Source: Selaginella moellendorffii (taxonomy: Eukaryota; Plantae; Lycopodiophyta). Taken from it: a stretch of 64,000 bases of DNA. This document shows positions 52,160 to 64,000 of this stretch, piece after piece. The DNA lies in NCBI RefSeq assembly GCF_000143415.4, contig NW_003314269.1:396401-460400 (forward strand), in the 5' to 3' direction. Positions within the stretch are counted from its first letter, which is position 1, and each line of letters starts with the position of its first letter. The position numbers were made by a program, and so were the translations under genes. Under the pieces are notes generated by a model that saw only the letters and a program-made list of their open reading frames with translations, did no database searches and was not told where the DNA came from.

Positions 52160-54978
52160 GTTTCAACTAAGCAAAGGAAGCCTAAGCCAGAGTTGTGGGG
52201 CAAGCCATGGCAGTGCCAGATGAGGATCTCAAGCTTGGAGTCAAATGGTATTGTCCTTTGGTCGACGCATCCCTCTAGGCTTGGCTTTTTTTGAAGAAAT
52301 ATGTGTTGAACTTACATTGGATGGCCAAATTGCTACAAAAGAGAGTTCGTGAAAATAAAAACCGATTCTTCTATCCACTTTTTAAAAAATGTGGAGGTGT
52401 TACTAAGTTTGCTGAAGCTGATCTTGGTGCCGTCACGGCTGTGTGAAGGCCCTCCTATTCATCAACTTCTTCTGGATGGCACCTTGGAGTTTTGTTGCTG
52501 CAGTTTTCCCCAACAGTGCTGCCATTTTTTGGTCATGGTTGTCGTAGAAGCTTGGACGTTGCGTGGTCTGTACGGGTTCTTCCTCCTCTTCCTCTTGAGT
52601 TGCCGGCTGGCCCAAATGGAGGCGAGATGAGAATCACCTGATCAGTGGCTGTCGGTTGTGATGGTAGCAATGTTGCCTCTGCTACTTTTCCCGTCCCAGT
52701 TCTAGAGCCTTTCGCTTTTGCTTGGGCCAAAGCTCTGCCTGCTGGTGCCTTTCGCTTAGGGGCCGAGCCCAGTGGCGGTTGTGGTTCTGAGGCACCTTGG
52801 CCTGGAGCCCGAGGTATATCTCCTTGGACTTTTTGTCTGGGAAAACTCCCATCGCGATCCTAGGTTGCCTTGGCTTCTTCCTCGGCTTGGCTGGTGGAGA
52901 TGATGCGTTACTTGCCTCAGGGAAGGACACCAGATTGGCTCCTTGGGTATCCTTGGATGGGGGCTTGTCCTCCCATTTCCCTTCCAGAACGTCCTGGAAT
53001 ATGGACATCATCAGTTGCATGACGGCTGTTTTATTAGGAACCTCCTCCCTTGTCAAGGCCTATGTTGGGTGGTGTAGTTGCCACTGGTGTCATGAAAGTG
53101 GGATCCGGTTCTTCTGGTACGGTTGTCTTTGGATTCGAAGCAGACGCAGATGGGGGCCGCTTCTCCTCTTCGGCCGTCGTTACGTCTAGGATGTCCCAGA
53201 ATCGCCATCCCTTTGAGAAGTCACGAAACACATCTACTTTGTTTGGGACATTCTTGAACTTTAGCTTGTAGTAATACGTCCGTACTTAATGTGAGATGGC
53301 AGCCTCAAGTCCCGTCCAACTCCAGCATCAAAATCCGTACCGGGAAATGTGGTGGTGGTTCTGCTCCGTAGGCTTGAACATAAGCCAGCTTCCCGTCCCT
53401 CTTGAACGTACCCTCCACCCACACATGCTTCATTTGGTCGTGGTGCCGGAAGGTGACAATGAACTCTGAGTTGAGAGGGGTCGGGTGGGTTTTGAAGTCT
53501 GCTGCTTGGTGGTGGTCCCAAATGTGCTGCCCAAACCATCCTAATCCTGGCGTTTGAAACTTGGATCGTCAATCTTGAGAATCAAGCTGAAATACTCCAC
53601 ATCATCCTTCTCTTCCAGATTTCCGAATGGCAAGAGCAAGTGTTGGTCCCTCGTCACAGAGCGGCTTGGGTCGCGATAGGTAGTGCCCCATTTTGGCTGC
53701 GGTGGTGACCATACCTGTCTGAGCGGGCGACTGGTTCATCTCTCGGTGTGGTGCGTGGCGCTGGCTAATGTGACGAAAGTGACGAGATTAGTTCTAAACC
53801 CCAATTAATATATTTATTTTCAGGTCAAGTTAAATATCCATAAAATGGGATTCTCTCATTAAAGTGGAACTTTGAATACTTTATTTATTTATTTATTTCA
53901 TTTATAACGTTATAACACATTAATCATAAAACACTTTCTTTAATAAAAACATATATGAAAAGGGTCACATTAAACTTGCAGTTCGTGCTTCAACAAGAAC
54001 TACTTCAAAGCAAGAAGTTGAGATTTCTGAATACTACCTGTTTTCCTGCAACATCAAAGCCTTCTTGCTGCTTTGACATGCAAACCGATTTGGGGCCCTG
54101 ATGTTTTCAATCAGCGTTCTGACGAAGAACAGCAATCGGCACCACGAAGCGATTTTAACTGGTTTCAGCAGCGCACTCTAGTTTCACATCTGGAGTCTCT
54201 CCATAGTTTTATACGAGTCATTCGTTTGTAAAGATAATAGTCATTTCACTACCTAGAAAAATAAGGACAAAAGAAAACAACAAGAACTTTGGGGAGAGAA
54301 AATAGAAGAAACTAACGAGCTCCTTGAATGCTTACGCTGCGCTCAACTTCACTAGTAGTTAAGAAAACATATTTTATCGTCCACAAGTGAATTAAAACGT
54401 GTCGCGATTTGGTCCCCAAGACTTGGTCGAGATTGTCAATGGTTGTGGTCGACAGATAAATCCCTGTCACGATGAGATCCTTTCTGGAAGAGATTGTGGT
54501 CACTCCAAGACCAGCTCTGGCCACATTTCAGGCACGTTTTGTGAAACACTCAATCAGCACAAGAAAATGTTCAAAACTATTGGCACTCCACCTCTTTAGG
54601 TTCTTGAGAATATTTAACTTTAGACCGTTTCTGTAAAGCGAAAAGAAGAAAAATAATTAAATAAAAATGTTTGCAAGAAACTTCAAAGAGACTTCCTAAA
54701 ATGCTTACTCGAGAGCCAAAACACGAGACGCTTTCGTTAAGCAAATCAAGTGGTAGTTGAGGTAAAGCTGTTTGAAAATCAGGCTCAAACGACGCCTTTT
54801 ATCTATCTAGGTATGGTTCATACGCGTCCACGAGTTACTCGTGGCAAAGGAAGAACACGTTGTTCTTCAGCTGGCCAATCAATTTTGCCGAGGGTAGATA
54901 TATTTAAAGCCCTGTCAGATCCCCCTAGAGATTGAATCTTTTGGGGAGATTCTGGAGTTTGATCTCTCCTTGCTCCCA

Positions 54979-57264
<2,286 letters not shown>

Positions 57265-57469
57265 AGCCAAAATCATTCTTTATTTTTTATGTCTCTGGAG
57301 GGATGAATTGATCATGATCTTGAAATGGAGACCTTGTAAAGTATCATTGTAACCTTGTAAACAATAACAAAAAATATTCTCAGTTAAAACAATAAATAAA
57401 TAAATTTAAAACAGAAATAAAAAATGTCCGCACCATTTTCAAGGATCAATGATTGTTGCAATGAAAATG

Positions 57470-57640
57470 GAGTGGCTACAGGGTGAACAGGTGGTGGTGG
57501 CGGTGGTGATATGGCAGCGGCGGTCTTGGCAATACAGGATCATTCGGAGGCCGTGGCTGTTTCAAGTGTCAAGGGGTCACTGGGCTAGAGATGGTCCAAA
57601 CCAAGGCTCTGGACTAGGGAATTATGGAGCCGCGGCCTAA
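57470..57640 (+). pseudogene. Glycine-rich CCHC zinc-knuckle fragment
   Basis: GGRGCFKCQ..GHWARD with a frameshift. Confidence 0.5.
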
Positions 57641-57857
57641 TACGAGGAAGGGAAACCAAAATTTTCTATCAGCGCAATACATTGTCTCGTCGTTCAATCC
57701 TGTGTGTCCGCAAGCATCAAAGAGTTTAGTCTCAAATCTTTGTTTCTTTGTTTTCAGGATGGCATTGAGAAGAAATTAAGGCTCCGCTCCATTGGTTTCC
57801 ATTCTACGGCAAGCACCCCACTATTGGTTTTTTTTTTGTTCTTCCATCAACTTTTTT

Positions 57858-58610
57858 CTTCAGTCCTTATCTGATTTGACTGATTGACAAAGCAGGCCAA
57901 CTAGCGTGGTGTCATTGGAATGACGCTAGACTCGGTTTGGTATGAAGCATACTCAAATCTTCCGAAAGATATTGCAGCCGCTCGTAGAGCTCTCGACTTT
58001 GAGCTTCCTCCTTTACTTATAGCTCGTTACAGGTTCTTGCATTCAATTACGTTTAGAGACTATCACAATCGATGCGTCTTTACGCCGGGGATCGCTTGCC
58101 GGCTTCCACTGTCAAGGAGTCGAGATCTTCGAAACTCCGTGGACATTGTTGGCCTCAATCACTGCCTAGAAACGCTTTCTATTGGAGGCACGGTAATAAT
58201 TCTATTGATTCGTCTCAATTTCATATCCTGATCTTTATGTTTTGTTTTAGAATATCAACCATGTCAAGCAGAACTAATCCTTCGATTATCACCGTGGAAA
58301 GTGATGGACCACTACATTTTGTGCTAGAGAGAAAGTGCTTCAACCAAAGCGCTGAATGTTTTCAAGGATGTGTGATCCATGTAATAGAGACCAAATCTTT
58401 GGCTATATGCGTTATTCAACTCCCAATTGACTAGCAAAGACCACGCCTAGTAGCCACGAACATCCGCACTGTTCCTGGGAGTTGAAAAAAACACCTATAC
58501 TTTAGACAAGAAATATTTTCCATAGAAAAAACTATGGAATCTTATGCGATGGCTTGTTCGACCCAACGACGTCCATGGAAAATTGGACAGCTGACAAGAA
58601 TGACAAGCAC
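57858..58610. pseudogene. GH1 beta-glucosidase copy 3, 3' half, heavily deleted, 58309-58610 inverted
   Basis: Matches 56110-57200; last exons are on the - strand. Confidence 0.85.
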
Positions 58611-58674
58611 TCTTTTTTGGACAAGAAAAAAAAAACACCTTATTAAATGAAGAAAATCAAAATCATGGTTCGTA

Positions 58675-58747
58675 TGGAGACGCCGGGTATCGATCCCGGT
58701 ACCTCTCGCATGCAAAGCGAGCGCTCTACCATCTGAGCTACACCCCC
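58675..58747 (-). tRNA. trnA-UGC: tRNA-Ala(TGC)
   Basis: GGGGGTGTAGCTCAGATGGTAGAGCGCTCGCTTTGCATGCGAGAGGTACCGGGATCGATACCCGGCGTCTCCA; cloverleaf; downstream T runs. Confidence 0.96.
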
Positions 58748-59215
58748 GACTTTGAACATTTCCTGGAGCTTTCGTTTTTACTGAGTTTAACGTACAACAA
58801 ACCACCCGCCCGTTACGGAGTTAGGGCACGTTGACACGTGGCACACTCTCGTTGCTTTTGAATTGTAGCACGTAAATAACGGCGCAAATCATCTTAGGGC
58901 TCCTTTCGGGTAAAAAAAAAATTATATCTTAGGGCTCAGTTCACGCTTAGTACAGGGAAGCGCGGCCTCGCTGGAGCGTATCACAGGGAATTCGAGGCGA
59001 TTTCCAGCTCCGGCAGCGATCGGAGCTCCAGGGCCTGCATTGCGATCGCCAGCCGCGATTACTTCGCTTTAGGCTCGAATTCTGGCGGATCTGGGATGGA
59101 AGGGCCTCTCCAGCGCCGGGATTGCGGCATAGGGCGGCGAGCGGCGGGCTATGGCGGCTCGATTGTAGGCTGAGAGGACCTGCATTGCTCGCGGCGCGGC
59201 GGGGGTTCTTTGTCT

Positions 59216-60188
59216 ATGGCGAGGGAGTGCCTGCTGCATGGGGGAAACCATGGCTCCGATCTCTACAGGCGCCTCGAGCTAAATCACGTCGATTCCCGGA
59301 GCTGCGAGAGGCCCCGGATCTTAGCCGTGCTGTCCTCGCTGCTGGATCGAGTGGTGGTGAAGAACGAGAGGTACGCCGCCAGCGCCACCGCAAACGGCCA
59401 CTCCAATCTCACCGTCTTCCATGGCTTGCGCGCCCCCAGCATCAGCATTGACAAGTATCTGGAGAGGATTTTCAAGTACGCGAACTGTAGCCCCTCGTGC
59501 TTCGTCGTCGCCTACGTTTACATCGATCGATTCATCCAGCAAAAGCCCAGCTTGCCCATCACCTCGCTCAACGTCCATCGATTGCTCGTCACTAGCGTCA
59601 TGGTAGCGGCAAAGTTCCTGGACGACGCGTAAGTTCTACTCTCTCTCTCTTTTCTTTTGCCTTGTTTGGTTTTGGTCCAAAGCTGTTTCATTTGCCTTCC
59701 TTTCATGAAGTGGAGTTCTCTTGTGGAATCCAAGTTCTTCCTTGGTGGTGATTTCGGTCATAAGAGCTTGTCGCTTCTTTCATTTCGTTTAGTTTTGCTT
59801 TTGTTTCCTTCATGGCTTGGAAGCGCTTGTTCTTGGTCTTTCCATGTCCGAAAGGTTTTTGGTTTCGTGACTTTGTAACCATGGTTGCGTTTGCAGATAC
59901 TACAACAACGCCTACTACGCCAAAGTCGGGGGCGTCAACACGCAAGAGATGAACCGGCTGGAGCTCGAGTTCCTCTTCCACCTCAACTTCCGGCTCCAAG
60001 TCACGGTCAGTGTGTTCGAGAGCTACTGCAACCGGCTGGAGAAGGAAGTGAGCGGCAGCCACATCGAGAGGCCCCTCCACATCCAGATTGGATGTGGCCT
60101 GGACGGTGGAGTCACCAGCGCTACTCAATCCAACGCCCCGGACAAGCAAAGGCTCCCCACTGTGAGATGCAGCATGGCCGGCCTCTAG
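59216..60188 (+). CDS. P/U-type cyclin; exons 59216-59628 and 59897-60188
   Basis: FHGLRAPSISIDKYLERIFKYANCSPSCFVVAYVYIDR, NVHRLLVTSVMVAAKFLDDA|YYNNAYYAKVGG. Confidence 0.95.
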
Positions 60189-60747
60189 CTCCGACCAAGA
60201 TCTCGGGACTTTGCTCGGAGCCTCTTCGTAAGCTTTTGGTTTCTCTCGTTTGGTTTTTTACGCGTGGGCTTTGTGTGTGGATCTTTGCTAGAGTGCTTGC
60301 TAGCAACGAGAAGAAGAACGCCCAACAACAAGGCAGCCCCTGCCGCGTCTGTAGTGTTGTTGGTTTGTATTTGTGTACTACTACTGATTTTTTTTTCCTT
60401 TCCATCTCGCTTCATGGCCTTGGAGCTTCTTCTTGTTGGAGTTTTCTTCTCGCAGACGAGTGAAGCGTTTGTTTGGCCGGGTTTGGCCGAAGCATCTGTG
60501 GTAGAGGGTCCCCCAGACGTGAAAGTTTGTTCGATCCATCCATCTCTTTCGATCGAGAGTTGAAGTGTTAGAAAAAGCTTTTGGAGAGATGGCGAGCTTT
60601 CGACGTCAAGGAATATATATATATAAAAATCTTACAGCGAAAGCCGAACGAAGCAAAATCGTCATCTTCGCGTCGGCAAAACTTTGGCGTGGATCTCGCA
60701 AGAAAAAAAAAAGGATAGAAAACGATCTTGTATCACTATGACGCAAT

Positions 60748-63402
60748 CTATTTTCCTTCTGACGCTTGTATCCTGTGAGCAACGCATCCATGAGCCAAAG
60801 AGTAAAACCAAAGTCGATATATTACAAACCTTTGATACGTTTCGTCTATCACTCTCGCAACTTCGAACAGGGTCTGCATCCCATCGTGACTCCCCTGGCC
60901 TCCATTCCCGCGGCTAGAAGGCGTCGTCGTCCTGTGGCTTCCGCGAGCTTTGAGAATGGTCGGAGGCTTCGTCACACTGTAGCTTTGTTGGCTCTCGTCT
61001 GCATAGCGAAGCGGCGGGTTCCTCGTCCTCACAGCTCTCCGTTCTCTTTCCACCGAGTCCTTCTCTGGAGCGCTGCCGGGAGCTTTTCCTCGAGTAGCAT
61101 CCAGCTTCGAGACCACCTTGCTCGGCGTATCCTTGTGTGGACTGCTAGCGAGAGCTTTTCCTCTAGTCTTGGCAGCGCTTGCATCGTCCACCACCTTGCT
61201 CGGCGTAGCGCTAGTGAGAGCTTTTCCTCTAGTCAATGTATCCCTGTGTGGACCGCTAGTGAAAGCTATTCCTCTGGTCTTGGCAGCGGTTGCCACCTTG
61301 CTCGGGCTAGCTTTCACTGGAGCCTTGGGTGGTTTTGCAGCAGTGGACTTGATAGTCGTATCCTGCACCTCCTTTCTCGGCGTATCCTTGTGTGAAGCGC
61401 TAGTTCCTCTAGTCTTGGCAGCGCTTGCATCGTTCACCTCCTTACTCGGGCTAGCTGGAGCCTTGGGAGGTATTGCTCTTGTAGCAGCGGACTTGATAGT
61501 CGTACCGTGCACCTCCTTGCCTGGAATCCTGAGAGATTTTCCTCTCGCGTCCACCGCCTTGCTCGAACTATCTTTGGCTGGAGCCTCGAGAGCTTTTCCT
61601 GTCGTAACAGCAGCACGCTTGGTAGCAGAATCGTCTCCCGACCTGTCCCTGCCTGGAGCCTTGAAACACGTAGAAGGACACTTGATAGTCGGAGCTTTTC
61701 TACTTGGAGCAGCGTCGGGAGCTTTAGCAGCACTTGGAGCGTCCATCGCAGCGTCAGGAGCTTTAGTCATCGTAGGAGCATCCATCGGAGCGTCGGGAGC
61801 TTTATCCTTCTCGGCAGCACTTGGAGCGTCCATGGGAGCTTTTCTCTTCTTAGCAGCGTCCATCGCAGCGTCAGGAGCTTTTCTCTTCGTAGGAGCAATT
61901 GGAGCGCCCATCGGAGCGTCGGGAGCCTTATCCTTCTCGACAGCACTTGGAGCGTCCATCGGAGCGTAGGGAACCTTTCTCTTCTTCGCGGCACGCTGGA
62001 TTGTATCGTCCACCACCTTGCTATCCTTGTCTGAAGCTCTGTGATATTTTCTCTTCTTAGCAGTGGTTGTGCCATCCTCCACCACCTTGCTCGTTTCGTC
62101 CGTAGTAGCAGCAGACTTGCCTGGATCATCCGCGAAATTGCTTGGTGGATCGGCTGTTGGATCTGCTTGAATCTCTGGAGCAGCACGCTTGCTTGCATTG
62201 TCCAGCATTTCGCCTGCTTTTGGAGTTCGTTTCTCCACAACAGTCATGCCAGCTTCCTGTAGTCCTTCAGCTTGAGTGGCCCTTTCCATTCTTCCCAGAG
62301 AATCGTTCACCACCTTACTTGTCCCCGTTTCTTGGATAGCATTCGGAGCCGCGGCCGGAGCTTCTTGAGCCGGATCGACACCATGTCTTGAGCCACCAAT
62401 GTCTGCCACCTTTTCCAAGCCGAGAGCTTCGACCCTTTCTTCTTGATGGTCAGTGCTCGCCAGCAAGTTCCTTGTAACAAGCTGGTCTTCCTTGTCTGTG
62501 GCAACTTGGTGGTCACCCCTATCTTCGGTCGAGGGGAACAAGTTCATAGCTCTATCCACCAAGGTCCGATTCACCACACAGATATTCGCGGCTGGCCGAG
62601 CTTGAGCCTCGATCGTCCTTGGCGTATGAGCCATCGCGTTCGAGCACTCCCCTAGCACCAATCTTCTCTTGGCGGGAGCTCTCATCTCCATTTCCGAGCG
62701 CTTCATCCCACCTCCCGGACTAGCCAAACGTTGCTTCACTGGCAGTGCCAAAAGATCGAAGCGAACTTTCTTCCTCGGCCTGGGTGGCTTCCCGGCTTTC
62801 CTGTAGATGATCGGTGGTCCTCCCGGAAGGAGCTGGAGGAGCGGCGGATCCGCGGCTGGATTGGTAGGAGGCACCCCGGGCGTGATGGAGACACCAAACA
62901 GCTTGATCGCGGACTGGCGACTGCGAAGAACAGCATCGGCGCGGTCGTGCTCGGCCCAGTGCTTGGCCTGGCACTCGATGGAGCAGTAGCTCGCGGATCT
63001 CTCCCAAATCCCCCGGCCGCAGAGGTAGCACGCCGGATACCTGTCCTTAGCCGAGGGATCGGGATGGAGCAGCAGCAAATTCTCACCGATCCCGCGGCAG
63101 CTATCCACTAGCGCGACGTTGTAGAAGCGCTGGATTTCCTCCCGCGGCACCACCATTTGCTTGTTCTTCTTGATCATTGCGAGGATTCCAACGCCGTGAG
63201 GAGCGTGCCGCCGGCGATCATCCTCGACATTGCAAAGCTGGGATTTGCAGCCCAGGCACATCGCCGATTGGACCCGCTTGAAGCCCTTGCCGTGGTGGTG
63301 ATTTCGCCGCGGCCGCAGGCACGGCGCTAGGAAATCGAGCGCCAAGAACACGTCCAGCCATGGCGGATGCTCTCTCACCACCGGTTGTGGCAGTGGAAGC
63401 AT
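60748..63402 (-). CDS. Divergent PLATZ-like zinc-binding protein with a long repetitive K/A/P/T tail, single ORF of 884 aa
   Basis: PPWLDVFLALDFLAPC..MCLGC..VVPREEIQRF..CYLCGRGI..YCSIECQ matches the PLATZ layout; TATA and aaccctag upstream. Confidence 0.75.
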   Translation of the reverse strand: MLPLPQPVVREHPPWLDVFLALDFLAPCLRPRRNHHHGKGFKRVQSAMCLGCKSQLCNVEDDRRRHAPHGVGILAMIKKNKQMVVPREEIQRFYNVALVDSCRGIGENLLLLHPDPSAKDRYPACYLCGRGIWERSASYCSIECQAKHWAEHDRADAVLRSRQSAIKLFGVSITPGVPPTNPAADPPLLQLLPGGPPIIYRKAGKPPRPRKKVRFDLLALPVKQRLASPGGGMKRSEMEMRAPAKRRLVLGECSNAMAHTPRTIEAQARPAANICVVNRTLVDRAMNLFPSTEDRGDHQVATDKEDQLVTRNLLASTDHQEERVEALGLEKVADIGGSRHGVDPAQEAPAAAPNAIQETGTSKVVNDSLGRMERATQAEGLQEAGMTVVEKRTPKAGEMLDNASKRAAPEIQADPTADPPSNFADDPGKSAATTDETSKVVEDGTTTAKKRKYHRASDKDSKVVDDTIQRAAKKRKVPYAPMDAPSAVEKDKAPDAPMGAPIAPTKRKAPDAAMDAAKKRKAPMDAPSAAEKDKAPDAPMDAPTMTKAPDAAMDAPSAAKAPDAAPSRKAPTIKCPSTCFKAPGRDRSGDDSATKRAAVTTGKALEAPAKDSSSKAVDARGKSLRIPGKEVHGTTIKSAATRAIPPKAPASPSKEVNDASAAKTRGTSASHKDTPRKEVQDTTIKSTAAKPPKAPVKASPSKVATAAKTRGIAFTSGPHRDTLTRGKALTSATPSKVVDDASAAKTRGKALASSPHKDTPSKVVSKLDATRGKAPGSAPEKDSVERERRAVRTRNPPLRYADESQQSYSVTKPPTILKARGSHRTTTPSSRGNGGQGSHDGMQTLFEVARVIDETYQRFVIYRLWFYSLAHGCVAHRIQASEGK

Positions 63403-63499
63403 CGATTCGAAGCGTCAGGATCAATCTCTCCAAGAACCCTAGAATCTCTCCACTCTTTATAACCTTTTAGTGGGGTCTAAAATTATCTTTTTCGAGCCA

Positions 63500-63642
63500 A
63501 CGGACGGCTGAGATCTCATGATCCAAAAGGTACGTGGCCGTGGATGGCTGAGATCTTATATCCTAAAAAAGGTACGTGGCCGCATTTTGCTAGCTGGACG
63601 GCTGAGATCTATATCCTCAAAAGGTACGTGGCCGCATTTTGG
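63500..63642. repeat. Three ~40-bp tandem units (ggacggctgagatc...aaaaggtacgtggccg) in the PLATZ promoter
   Basis: Direct reading; each unit carries ACGTGGC. Confidence 0.85.
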
Positions 63643-64000
63643 GGATCTAGCTCGATTGCCCGACGCGCGGAATCTAGGGTTCTTGCTTCGCGCCCTCGGC
63701 ATGCTAGAGATTTCCAATCGATCGCGTCTGGCACGAATGGCATGCTTGCTATCAGATCCTCGGCATCCGCTAGGCGCCCTGCGCGGCCGAGAAGATCGAC
63801 CACGCAGCAGTAGCGGCGGTGCGTTGGCTCCAATCCCCAATCCGCGGCCATAGCGCGGAATGATCGCCACGCCGATTCCAGGTTCCCGGAGTGGCCACAG
63901 GCGAGGAGATTGGCAATGCAGGTGCTCTCATTGGGCCAGATTTCTCCTTGGAGCTCCATCGCCCGCAAGAGATCCTCGACACTGGATGATCTTCCCGACT
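63609..64000 (-). CDS. PLS-E class PPR protein 3' end (partial, possibly truncated)
   Basis: LLACGHSGNL, YCCVVDLLGRAGRLADAEDLIASMPFVPD, ELDPQNAATY. Confidence 0.7.
   Translation of the reverse strand, partial: SGRSSSVEDLLRAMELQGEIWPNESTCIANLLACGHSGNLESAWRSFRAMAADWGLEPTHRRYCCVVDLLGRAGRLADAEDLIASMPFVPDAIDWKSLACRGREARTLDSARRAIELDPQNAATYLLRI

Noticed and set aside
61118-62240. Long antisense and alternate-frame ORFs (283 aa etc.)
   Set aside because: Shadows of the repetitive PLATZ-like ORF

Overview
Eukaryotic land-plant nuclear DNA. The ~50-70 nt GT-AG introns, many PPR remnants and compact genes suggest a Selaginella-type lycophyte (inference). There are three 100-N gaps. Apparently intact genes: BAHD acyltransferase, SABATH methyltransferase, full-size ABCB transporter, a ~264-aa multicopy protein I cannot assign, an Agenet/Tudor protein, an EG16-type GH16 endoglucanase, a GH1 beta-glucosidase (plus two decayed copies), tRNA-Ala(TGC), a P/U-type cyclin and an intronless 884-aa PLATZ-like protein. 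Between them lie Gypsy, Copia and LINE remnants, three nested solo LTRs of one family, a scrambled 18S rDNA fragment and mosaics of duplicated gene pieces. Highlights: (1) a decayed, intron-containing Merlin/IS1595-type DNA transposon (9511-10940) with TIRs, an 8-bp TSD and its empty site preserved in a paralogous segment at 29136; (2) short in-place micro-inversions plus deletions in four independent decaying duplicates; (3) a PLATZ-like gene with KLFGV, D-box and H1-like repeats, whose promoter repeats derive from a PPR coding tail; (4) an unknown-family gene inserted between a duplicated ABCB promoter segment. All family calls come from manual motif recognition; no database searches were run.
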